DNA of 62,212 bases, filler included, from Choristocarpus tenellus KU-1152 (taxonomy: Eukaryota > Protista > Phaeophyceae): NCBI GenBank assembly GCA_964200185.2. It is 9 parts of 9 records of this genome, joined end to end, with 100 filler letters (N's around TTAATTAATTAA, not from the genome) between each part and the next. Parts side by side here need not be neighbours in the genome. Positions count along the whole stretch, not along the records: positions 1 to 19,209 come from CAXNAD020000486.1; 8 more parts are not named here. One strand, given 5' to 3'. Each line of letters begins with the position of its first letter. Positions within the stretch are counted from its first letter, which is position 1. The position numbers and the translations under genes were made by a program. Below the pieces are notes generated by a model. The model saw only the letters and a program-made list of their open reading frames with translations, was not told the DNA's origin and ran no database searches. Shown one piece after another: positions 1-10,850 of this stretch.

Positions 1-1
1 A

Positions 2-487
2 GCCCCCCCCCTTCTTGGTGTGGTCCTGCTTGGCCGCCTCCTGCTTGTACTCTGTCCAGACGTGATCGAGACGGATGACGAAGTCGGCAGCGACCTCCAC
101 CGATGAGAAGTACATGTCCCGCATCTTCATCTCGAGAGCTATGAGCTGCATGGGACGCTGGTCGACAGCACGCCCCCCATAGATCTGCTCTAACTCGAGC
201 CAGGCTGCCCTCCAGTCGGGGCTGCCGTTGTTTTCGTGGGTGCTGACCACCATCGCTACTGCACCCCTTGTGGCCTGGCCCAGCAGGAACCACAAGGCCT
301 CGCAATGCTTGACGTACTCCTCGTACGTGCTGCGTTCCCCAAACGATGTATCAACCGTAGGAGATGCAGAAATGTGGTATGCTGGTTGGAGGATTTGTGG
401 TGCAGTCCCTTCCCGCCCACATAGCTCACCAGCGCCATCCGCCATTCTGCCCACTTTTCCCTTGTATGCCCACGCGCGCCACTCCAT
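2..487 (-). mobile_element. Ty1/Copia-like gag N-terminal region, frameshifted, running off the window edge
   Basis: Minus strand reads EKWAEWRMALVSYVGGKGL, then after a frameshift ALWFLLGQATRGAVAMVVSTHENNGSPDWRAAWLELEQIYGG...LEMKMRDM...DFVIRLDHVW. This is the W..W...L / AW..L...Y pattern of Copia gag. Confidence 0.7.
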
Positions 488-519
488 AATTACAGCTTAA
501 GTGGGTCCGCTTCCATACC

Positions 520-838
520 TGTGAGGCTCATACTCTGGGCAAAAAGAGCTGTTCACATAGAGTTTCTGCTTTATGTGGTATGAATGAATTTATTAGTGGA
601 GTGATCTCCATCCCCCGAGGTGGGGGGGTGCTCTGCCTCTTTATCTATTGCACACATCAGCAGACACGTGAGAAGGTGTCTGTGTTAGTCACACTACGTC
701 ACTTGTTCAGCGTCAGTCGCAATGCGTCACTTGTTCTGCATCAGTCGCACTACATCACTCGTTCTGCGTCAGTCATACTACGTCAGTCTTTCTGCGTCAG
801 TCGTAGCTACATCAGTCGTCTTGTGTCAGGCACTTACA
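520..838 (-). repeat. Putative 5' LTR of the Copia element
   Basis: Minus strand TGTAAG...CTCACA imperfect inverted ends, internal AATAAA (~588-593), followed by GGTATGG and gag ~30 bp later. Confidence 0.55.
682..828. repeat. 28-bp minisatellite, ~5 copies, inside the putative LTR
   Basis: Units such as GCGTCAGTCGCAATGCGTCACTTGTTCT start at ~682, 710, 738, 766 and 794. Confidence 0.85.
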
Positions 839-3032
839 GTAAACAAAGTAAAACCAACCCGTCGAGATTCAAACCTATTGTGCAGAATGGGGAGTGTGCA
901 CAACAAGATATTTTAGGTTTGAGAGTTCCAGCAACTCTTTCATTGCCTGCACTCTCATGGGGGAGTGTGCAAAATAGGACAATAGTGAGATGTACCTTAT
1001 TTTGTGTATCTGAGATTATTGTGTTGCATTGAGTCCATGTGATGTTACTAATGAGATAGTAAATCCGGACTATGTATGGGATTATGAATGGGTATTTATC
1101 CGCATTCAACTGCTTTGACATAACCGTTGACTTAGATAGGAAGCACAAATAATAATAAACAAGCAATGAGAAGACACCCCACAAAGGTCGCTCTTCTAAT
1201 TTCAACCATGTAATCACGTTCAGCAATGGGGAACCGTATGATGCTTCACACCTTCTTGTCTTCACTACTGACAAATAGCATTACCTCGCAAGGTAAATTA
1301 CACACCTATTACTGGGCGTCCAGAAACAAGTGATTGACAATTAAGGCACTTAGTCAACATTTTCTTGTTACATGCTATTGGTTAACCAAACACGTAAGAA
1401 ACCTATAGACTACCAGCCTATATTGCACAAACACATCTTGATATAAAGTAATCGCAGGACTGGCTTGAGCATTCAACTTTTTCTTTTTGGTTATATTGTT
1501 CGTAGCATGTCCTTCTCCCATCATTGTGTGAAGAGAACCAATTTCTTCATTTCCCATTTCATCATTTCCCAACACGCAATATAGTAAGGGTGATCATTAG
1601 AGGGGAATAGATGTTATTATGTTCACATTTCAAACAATATCGTGAAACACGCCATTCATGGTCTTGGGCATTTTCTATGAGCAACTTGACCTGAAGAATG
1701 ATCAACCTTCCTACATCGCTAGCGTGCAACCAACTACTAACATTACTATAAATGCCTTCCAATCTACCAATATTGCCAATAAAAATATTGATAAGGACAT
1801 ATTAATTTAAAAGAAAAGAGTGAAGTTACTTACAAAAACCATAATAGTAGATTCAAAAGGCAGAGTATATAACAGAGAAATATCATCTCCCAGGCTTCGT
1901 CGAGATGGAGAACCAATTTGATCAATGATGGTGAGGAATCTGAAACGTGCCATCAATTTCATTGGAAGAACAAGCTATCAAACTAGCAATGGGATGGTTT
2001 GAGATTCTTGGTGCTAATACCATGTTGATGGCAGAGTTCCAGTGTATGCAAATGAGGAAAGAAAGATTTGCCTAATCCCCTTCTGTACCATGAGAGTTAA
2101 CACTGCGTGTGTACATTGCACCATTCCACCACCAGCTGGGGGAGAATTTTTTCTTTGTTTGATACATTCATAAAGGCGGTGGATGACAAGCTTGATTTTG
2201 TGCGTGCAATCAGCAGTTGAACGTGGATCTAGTCCAAAACTATTTACTGTAAGTCATGTATCCCCTCATGCTAGTGTGGTAGGAGTTCGTATCATGCTGG
2301 TAGGTTATTCTGAGAAATTAATTTTAACATGTAAATAATAATACTAAACTAGGGCATTGATTAACAAACACCATGAGGGTTAACTCCCTAAATTCTTTTA
2401 GTAGAACGGACTGCAAGTTTATGCTATGAACGATGGAGTCCTTGGACGCTCAATGACCCCTTCGACTACAGATCATAATTTGATTGAATTCTCAGGACCT
2501 GAACATAGATTGAAGAGTCAAGCACGTGATTTGACCATATTCGCTGGTTAGCACCAAGATCAGTTAAGCACCCTACGATGTCTGTCTGATGGGAGGGGTG
2601 ACACTCTATATGAGGAAGGCAACTTCGTTCAGTCTTTCAACATGCCGATATTGCATGTGGTAGATGTTCAGGCCCCGAGGTTGGAGGATCTAACCAAGGA
2701 GCATGTATGCAAGTTTCTGAAAGCTAGATACCCGTATGAAGAGAGCTTGCGCATCCAGCATGGCGAAGGTGACATGGGGTTGGTGTTGCTCAGCCTAATG
2801 GAGACGTTGGACGCAGGAATGGGACCTCAGAACAGGTGGAGAAAAGCTACAAAGGAGATGATGATTCCTCGCTTCAGAAAATCGCAGGTGTAAACGAGGA
2901 ATGCGAATGGTATTGTGTGAGAATCTGTGCTGATCTGTAAAAGGCTGCCTGCCTACAGTCTACAACTCTGAACTGTGCAAGGGCCAGCAGAGCAAGTTCT
3001 ATTAGAGATTGAGAACTACAATCTCTGAAGAA

Positions 3033-3249
3033 CCACTTTCTTAAGGAGGTGAGTTGATGGAAGACACACTTAGCATGGAGGATTTCCTACCATATTTGAG
3101 GCGTTTACATCATTTGATGGTTTGGGGTTTATGGTCCCTGACAGGACCTATGCTCACTCCTTTAACACATAACTGCGCTGTAAGCCCCAACAAGAGATGG
3201 AGTCCTTACATGTCATCGTCGATCAGTTACTCTGGTTGAACTGTCTATA
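3033..3249. repeat. ~215-bp dispersed repeat, copy 1 (block order A-B)
   Basis: Aligns with 5871-6100 but with the AAGGAGGTGAGTTGATGGAA block at the opposite end. Confidence 0.8.
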
Positions 3250-4922
3250 ATTCAATCGAATTCTTGAGACTTAACTCAGCATCCAGCGTGGCGCTAGAAT
3301 TGGCTTGTGGAGGCCAGCACGTGATCATGGGAGCTTGCTGGTGCTTGGAGTGCACACAACCGGGCAAGAACCAGTAGAGCAACTAGATTAAAGGGGTCCA
3401 ACATGTCGAGGAACGACGGAGATGGACCTGGCGCAGCCTGAGGGGGCTTGTGTGAGACTGATTGGTCTAAGCTGCATATTGCACAGCATGTTCAACCTCT
3501 GGAGTTTGAGAAACTAACAGAGGAGGTGTGGCAAAATGAGCTGAGCATTAGGGTTCAGCACTCAAAAAAGGTGTACAAATTGTGACGCTGGCCAAGTAAG
3601 TCCCTAACCGTTGCTCAGAGACGAGCACTACCAAGGGGCGAACCCAAAAATTGGGCTGCAGCAATGGAGGACCAACTCCTTAAGGAACCCTAGAAGGTGC
3701 CACGAGTCGATGACAAAGACCACACCTTCCACATTGGGCAAATCCAACAGGATTTGCAGAGGATGGCCTGGATGAGAAATGAAGGATCCACCACTGATCA
3801 AGACATGGGAGTGATCCAGGACATTGAGGGCTATCTAGAAGATGACAATCTGGATGGCGCTTTCCGTCGGAATGCAGGACAAGTAGGGGAGGCTTGAAAG
3901 GCAGGGCTGGGGAAGGTACTCTTGAGGCCTTCATTGCAGGGCTTATGCAAACCCCTTGCATTGAAGGTAGAAATTACCATATATCATGGGATCCTGAGCT
4001 AAAAAAGCATCCAGACCATATCTTTGTGCTCGTGAAGAAGAAAGCCGAGAAGAAGTTGGGGAGGTACGAGAGGCCCCAAGCATTTGGAAAAAAACAGCCA
4101 AAGTTTCGGGAGAAGACAGGCAAGCGATGAGGAGGCAGGCACACCTGGTGCAGGTTTGAGTGTAAAGAAGGACAAGTTCAAAGGGACTTGCGATGCATGT
4201 GAGAAAATTGGCCATAAACATGCTCAATTCCAGAGCTTGCTGGTTGAAGTCTGGAAGGAGCAGCAGCATCAGTAGTAGAGGTAGTCACAGCAACGTGGTA
4301 CAGGTGCAGGTCATCGGAGAGGATCTGGGCCAGGGCAAAGACAACAACTCAGGGGCGCCAGATAGCAACCCTCAAGTGTAGGGGGAGGAGCAAGCCTTCT
4401 GGGTGCAGCCCAAGGCACAAGGAACTAGGAGGGGCTAGCTCCCCAGCCTTCAAACGAGTTCTGGAAAGGCACTGGTGGTGGGGGCACGAGTGGCAGGTAG
4501 TGAGGGTCAATGATATGGTTCCAGATCATGTGGATCATGGAATGCTTCTGCTGCCACCGAGCCCGGATACCTACATTAATCCACCTTGGTAGGCGGGTCT
4601 CGCCCGCTGGGTCATGGTGGATAAGGAGGTTCACCATCGTGGGGACTTACCACTGGAGTGGGTGCTAAGGGACGCCCAAATCGTTTTTGACCATCACTAT
4701 CCCTGTGTGTCACAGATCTGTCCTAGGCCATTCATTGCTCAACATCTTTTGCATTGGACCATGTTCCTGGAACACCATCCAGGACATCGCTGGAGACCAG
4801 AATTGGTCGGGTTATTGTTGTCCAGGTGGACTAATTTCCCTACAGTGACGGTACAAGCCTTAGCCATGTTTACGGAGGTGCAGGGGGGGGACACCCTCCC
4901 ATCAGTGGTGGTGTATGAGGCA

Positions 4923-5196
4923 TGTAGACGTTACTACGTCAAGCAGCATTTATATACGGCTGTATATGATTTATATGAGTGATACGGTCTGGTCCTTATT
5001 ATTTGCTTACTATACGTGGAACTTGAACCTTTGTGTATTGTTACTGTGTGTGAGACGGTCTTACCGTAAATGAGCAAGGAGAGAGCACCTTATCCGACAC
5101 GAGCTCACTTCATGATCTAGACAAAAAAAGTACGTATGAATACATGATCAGAACAGGACCCTTTTGAGCCTAGAAGGGTGGAATCCTTACATTACA
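4923..5196. repeat. Possible solo LTR inserted in the Gypsy relic
   Basis: TGTAG...TTACA ends and an internal TATA-like run, interrupting the pol-like frame. No clean TSD. Confidence 0.3.
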
Positions 5197-5623
5197 AGAA
5201 CATCTGAGCCGTGAGCGCTCATAGGCACAACTAGCGGCCAGCAAGGCCCTACAGTGTGTGTAGGTGCTTGCAAGCGGAGGATTTATGACCTCTACTGGCC
5301 GTGTACATACATCAAGCCTGGGATGGCATGATGTGGGTGGGTGCTGAAGTTACAGCCCTACTGTGGATACCTGATGAGGCTAAGGATGTGCAGATACGCC
5401 TGATGGTGTGTGCACACATGGGCAAAGTTGGGTATCATAGGGGGGCACCAATGGTGCAGTGGCTAAAGGGGTATTGCATTTGGTCTACAATGGAGCTGAA
5501 CTTGACCCCGGAGACAAAGCAAACATTCCAGTATATGGAGAATCATAGGGAGTTTGAATTGTCTAATATTTTGGCAGTGCGCAAGGTAGAAGGGTACGAA
5601 ACCAGGTTTGGTGGATTCCCTAG

Positions 5624-5641
5624 TTAGGGTTAGGGTTAGGG
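5624..5641 (+). repeat. Interstitial telomeric repeat (TTAGGG)3
   Basis: ttagggttagggttaggg at the point where the Gypsy relic ends. Confidence 0.85.
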
Positions 5642-5870
5642 TTTAGTGAGGACGAGAGGAAATGGGATCCACTATCTTCCATTTTAGAGGATACCCCTGT
5701 CTTTCTATGCAAACAGTTAAAGAAGCTAAAGTTGCATGCTCAAGTGCGAAATGCAGATTAGACCGCAGTACAAGATTGATATTTGAGTTCGGTATTATTG
5801 TATGCTGTTCTTTGTCGAGCTGGCAGTTTTGTACATTGGTAGCCTGCTTTACTGGGGGTGTTGTAGGCAC

Positions 5871-6100
5871 AGCATAAAGGGTTTTCCAAACATAGTTCAG
5901 GCATTTGCATTAGTTGGTGTTTTGGGGCATATGGACCCTAACATGACCTATACCTTCACTCCTTAAACAAACAACAGAGGTAGCTGTAAGCCCGACGTGA
6001 GGTGAAGTCCTTACAAGCCATCATAGATCAGTTACTGTGGCTGAACTGTCTATAGATACTACTCTCTTGAAGGAGGTGAGTTGATGGAATAACACACATG
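5871..6100. repeat. ~215-bp dispersed repeat, copy 2 (block order B-A)
   Basis: Shares GCTGTAAGCCC...GTCCTTACA...GATCAGTTACT.TGG.TGAACTGTCTATA with 3177-3249, followed by the A block. Confidence 0.8.
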
Positions 6101-7087
6101 GCTATCTACTTTGGATATAGGCCATTAGAGTTGAGGAATCGAATTTTTGCAGTGATATATGGCAATGATGATGACAGATCTTTAGATTGACGAACAGACT
6201 ATTTTTCAAGAGGCAGCTAAGAGGAATTCAGAACTTCGTATCACTAGCCTTAACTCAGGCTGATAATCGATGAAGAAGGTTTGTGTGAGTGTAGAAAACC
6301 TGCAGGAGAGTATGAGCATTTCTGAAGACAAGACTGTTGAGGATGAATCTGGAGAACAACCACTCGAATGAACCCCTGACCTGCTCGTGGGCCCAAAGGA
6401 GGGACAACAGACTATACCCATCTATGATGATGTAACATCGAAAATATTTCTCTAACGAGATGGTCAACCTATGTAAAAGTTCATGATTTATGGGGAACAA
6501 GGGGTCTGTTCCAAGACAGGTGGGCTCATAAGAAGGATTGGCAGAGGGACCTGTACTAGGCATACATTCAATGATCTCTTTACTTACACTATAGGCTGAT
6601 ATACTATTACGGCAATGCAAGATGTACAGATTATCCAAAGGAGTTCTGTTTAAAAAATATATGAATTCTAAAGTCAAGACTGAGACGAGAATTTTACTCA
6701 TTATCAGATCCATTCGCTGCACAACAGGCTTCAATCACTTCACACCAAAGTGGGATCTGTTTTTTCATTTGTTAAGGTCACAAGAGGATCCATAGGTACA
6801 AGGACGAAGGAAATATACATCATTTTTGGATAAACGATAAGAACGATTGGAGAGGATTGATTGATGGTGTGCATGCAGCTAAACGTTTACCAGAAATAAA
6901 TAACCCAGATCATTGAACTTGGGGATAGCAAAGTTATGTTACATTTAATTCTGAACAGTGGAAATAGTAGTACTCCACTGCATAGGAGGGCAAGGATCCG
7001 GATACTCCTTCTGCACTGTGAAATTTGTCAAATATATGGAAGAGTGCAACAACTATGTGCACTAATACTTTCCAAGTGTAGAGCAAA

Positions 7088-7140
7088 GGCTCAAGGCAGC
7101 TGGGGGGTGGTGACGGCTGTCCATTTGTGCCCATTTTTCC
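7088..7140 (-). mobile_element. MITE family B terminal fragment
   Basis: GGCTCAAGGCAGCTGGGGGGTGGTGACGGCTGTCCATTT matches the reverse complement of the 44258-44440 right end. Confidence 0.65.
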
Positions 7141-8640
7141 CTTGACCAGGTAATATGCCTCCATATACTGTCATTGATGTATTTGATAACTTGGTGGTTG
7201 ATCCCAGAAATCCATTGGCCCTGGAACTTTTAATAAGCACCAACTAGTATGTTGCTAAGGTCTCTACACTACACCCCTCATGAAAAATGATTTCTGCTAC
7301 AAACACCTTCTTGTTCATCATAGATTGGAAATAATTTCCTTGTTTTTTGTACGGTGCAGGATGTAGAACATGAAAGCTTTCAGCAGGCAGCACGCGCACT
7401 GGTCATTTAGCAGCGACATTTATCGCATCTGCCTTCAGTTGTCCTACATTAAATGTACCCCAACACAACTACCATAAGAGCTTTTGTTTGTTGCCTGCCA
7501 CCAACATACACGATGTCCCTTACTCACCACAACCGCTGTGGAAGTTTGTAACTGAACTGAGCCACAGGACACCTGCCACTGTGAAGTTGGTCAGTCCAGT
7601 GACAAGTCCTGACATATTCCTGATACTTGTAATACTTCTCACTTGAAAGTGAAATCCAAGCACGTCCAAGGGGATGAAAGGCAAGTGCATCTCTCATTTT
7701 TACTCAGTGAGATCTCTGTTCTGAAATTTCTACAAATTGCTTTGCCATGTGGCGTGTGTGAGGAGGGGTGATAAATTTCATATTGCCAATACCAGAATTT
7801 CTAGAGCGGAGATTATGAGCTTTTTGAGCAAGGCACTAAGTCATTCACAGAATGGACGTTCTGAAGCGGAGGTTTTTTGAGGCAGGAGAAGGAACTGAAT
7901 ATGAGATCTGGGTGTGCAATAGCAACAGCATGAAGAGACTTTTCTAGATTGCCCATGGGGAAGGGCATGAGGAGGTTTTCAGATTTTTTGAAGAGGAGGG
8001 ATAGGTAATATATGCTGGAAGTGTTGCGGTGGGAAGAGAGTTCAAGAGAAGGCCTTGATTCATTAGTAGGAATATGAAAGAAGTCTTACAGAAGGAAAAG
8101 AGTAAAGGAGCATCAATAACCTTTGTGGGTAAAAGAGACGAGGGGACAGGAGACGAAGTCTTCACCCCTTCACAGAATTATTATGCGAGATACCTATTGA
8201 TTTCGCAGGTTATTGTTAAAGAATGTGTTGTTTACTTCCCAATCTGAGCCCTCCTCAACATCATTATATTGTGATCTGCAACATACAAATGGAGATCTTC
8301 AATATATAGCGAGCGACCCAGCCAAACTTCCTTTAATACTTTGCGATCCGGTTTGGATAATATCAAATCCATGTGGAAAGCATTATACAAACAGGTTGTG
8401 CATACATTTTTTTTTTGTGCACTATCTTATTTCCAATAAAACAGCCTTTTAGGTCAAGATGGAGAGTGTTCCCTACATTATTACACTTCATTACAATTAA
8501 ATAGTATATAAATACACACAACTCCCAGTTCCCATAAATGTTGGGTGATCGAAACTAATCCCAAGCATATATTGAAAAAGGCAATGTGTGTATGTATGCC
8601 AATTATATTTGTGATCACTAACAAATACGCAAAAGTAATG

Positions 8641-8712
8641 TGACCCTAACGAGATTTGAACTCACAGCCTTCAAGTCTGGAATCTGATGCGCTACCGTTG
8701 CACCACAAAGTC
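8641..8712 (-). tRNA. tRNA-Trp(CCA)-like, probably degenerate or a pseudogene
   Basis: GACTTTGTGGTGCAACGGTAGCGCATCAGATTCCAGACTTGAAGGCTGTGAGTTCAAATCTCGTTAGGGTCA: 72 nt, A and B boxes, CCA anticodon, downstream TTTT. Many G-U pairs and an A-C mismatch in the anticodon stem. Confidence 0.8.
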
Positions 8713-9829
8713 ACAATGAGAAATAAACACATCGTTGATGATCAAACGCATCATTTATTCATCTATTTCCAAAGATGCAACAACGTGATTGACACATGGC
8801 CTATGTCATGCTGAAGCAGGACATAAGGTACCTCAAGCAGATCAGGGCACATGAACACTCAATACTGTCTGCTGAAAAGTTATATTTTTCATTATTTCAT
8901 TTGGGTTAGATTAGTTTAGCATTGATTATTCCTTTGTGAGATATTTGATGAGTGGTTTTCAGATCAGGGAAGTAAATATAGAGGTGATACTCAGTGGAAT
9001 AGCATGACTGTGAAAGAAACGACGACGGTATGAACAATTGACAACATATTGAAAGTGTAATTTATGGTACCATACTGATCAACCTATTCCCAAATTCTTC
9101 CTGACAGAAATATATCAATCGCCAATTTCTTGGCTATATTTACTTCGCCGCTCTCTTCCTGCTTTCCCGAGGCGGCAGAGACTGCCGAGCAGTGCTTTGA
9201 CTTGCTTGAAGATTCAACCACATTTGTGTGATAGTGCTTTCCATGCATCTTCTCTCAGCGTCAGTGTCGCAACCGCATGATCCATTGCATGATTTGATCA
9301 TGCTACTGCGCCACACTACTCGCACTTCCTTGTCACCTAACTCGTCAGCATCATTAGGTTCTATGAAGGGCAAGGCAAGGGAAAGAGAAGGGATTCAGTT
9401 TGATAGCCTGTCCATCCATCAAAACACCACTCATCACATGTCAGACAACAACAGCAAAGGGACGCAAGAATGATCAACTTAAAGGAAAGAAGAAACCAAT
9501 GAAAAAAGCAAGATTCAGCAACCAGTAGTGGTAGTGAGTGTGCATGTGCCCTGTCTGCTTGGGTTGGTCTAACCGCTGCTTTAGGCACAATACCAGCATC
9601 AGAGTCACGTAAGTGTTTGCCCGCTCTGTTGTTGTTGTTCCTCTGACCAGGTTGCTCTTTGCAGCTAGCTCCCTTGACGATGGTGAAGTCCTGGGAGATG
9701 ACCGGTTCAGCTCTGAACTGTGCTTAGTACTGCAGTGAAGATGCTGAACAGGATGAGGGGGAAAGGACATACACACATACCCTTGTCGAAGGTCTTGCCT
9801 GACCTCAATACTCTCTCCACCATAAGTCA

Positions 9830-10850
9830 TGTGGAAGCATGCTCACATTCCAACAGGGACTGGCAAATACTGAGAACCATCTTTTCAGGCACTCCAAATT
9901 TGGCTAAGCACAATCCACAGGAGAACATAGTCATCAGAGTCATGCACTTTATACAGGGGAATAAAACTCGGCAACAGAGGGGCTTTGTCAGTCTGAGTTC
10001 CGGGAGGACGTGTAGCATGAACATAAGTCCAATGTGGAGCGTCAAGGTCGGAGACTTCACTGTTCCTCATGGGTATGTTCCTCTGTTCCAGGTTAGCTCC
10101 CAGGCGAGGGTGATGCAACAACCTTGATAAGAACTTCGGCAGGTGTGCCACCATAGAGATGCCTCACTAGTTTCCATGATTTCTTGTATTGTACCTTGAT
10201 AATCACGTCCTTCCAAATCTGCTGCACATCTTGCTAGTACACTCATCACAGTTTTGTGGAAACACTGGAGGATGACCTCGTCCTTGTTAAGATCAACCCT
10301 CAGAATATTTGGAGGACAATCATATGTTCCCATTGCCCTTCTTGTTTCCTATGGCAACAATTGCATCAATCACTTCAGCAAGTGTTGGTGCATCAGTGAT
10401 TGCCAAACATGGGCTCGTTGTTTAATCATACAGGTTGAGGTTGACTGACTAAATATTGCAAAACTCTTTGAAGTATCACACCCACCATTCCTTGATGAGT
10501 CCTTGTTCTCCAAGTAGCCCGCAAGCGTTGTTGCATATGTGCTGGGATACACTCTCTCTGGTTCTTTCTACATTGAACCCTTCCAGGAGATGAAAGATTC
10601 CAGCTTGATCCCCATGGGTAACAGGGTCTTTCATCTTGCTTGTATAGGTAGGTGTCAAGAAACTCCTGAAAGGTGGACACCCTCACTTGTTGGATCACTT
10701 GCTGACATATGGCATGATGATGACCCAATAAGAAAAGGCCAATTAATTGCTGAACATAAACAGAACATGCGGGAACATGCCCCCCATTCAATATGAAGCA
10801 TAATATAGTTGTTTAAAGCTACCATCAGGCAACTGGAAGAAAACACCTCT
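9830..10850 (-). mobile_element. Degenerate non-LTR retrotransposon (RTE-like LINE) reverse transcriptase region
   Basis: Frame-hopping motifs GDQAGIFHLL...GLIKEWW, GN**GISMVAH (GNYRGISLVAH), EEQ*SLRP*RSTLD (EEQCGFRP.RST.D) and FIPLYKVHDS...LLWIVL/AKFGVPEKM (FIDL.KAYDSV...LARFGVP). Confidence 0.85.

Larger units (their letters stand above)
2642..5620 (+). mobile_element. Degenerate Ty3/Gypsy retrotransposon (gag, zinc knuckle, RNase H, integrase Zn region, chromo-like start; RT not seen)
   Basis: Gag-like APRLEDLTKEHVCKFLKAR; knuckle CDACEKIGH (~4190); RNase H-like FDHH...LLHW...GLLLSRW (4680-4830); integrase H2C2-like LWIPDEAKDVQIRLMVCAHMGKVGYHRG (5360-5445). Many stops and frameshifts. Confidence 0.8.

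Noticed and set aside
580-1032. 150-aa ORF
   Set aside because: Runs through the LTR minisatellite; no protein-like features.
1375-2250. Minus-strand coding-like fragments with a GTAAGT donor near 1832
   Set aside because: Stops and frameshifts, no recognisable domain, no consistent exon chain.
3023-3060. CTGAAGA as a hammerhead ribozyme core
   Set aside because: No properly placed GAAA or stem III visible by eye; needs a covariance search.
9140-9373. Cys-rich ORF (SCNGSCGCD...C)
   Set aside because: Isolated and short. Could be a TE remnant but is unsupported.
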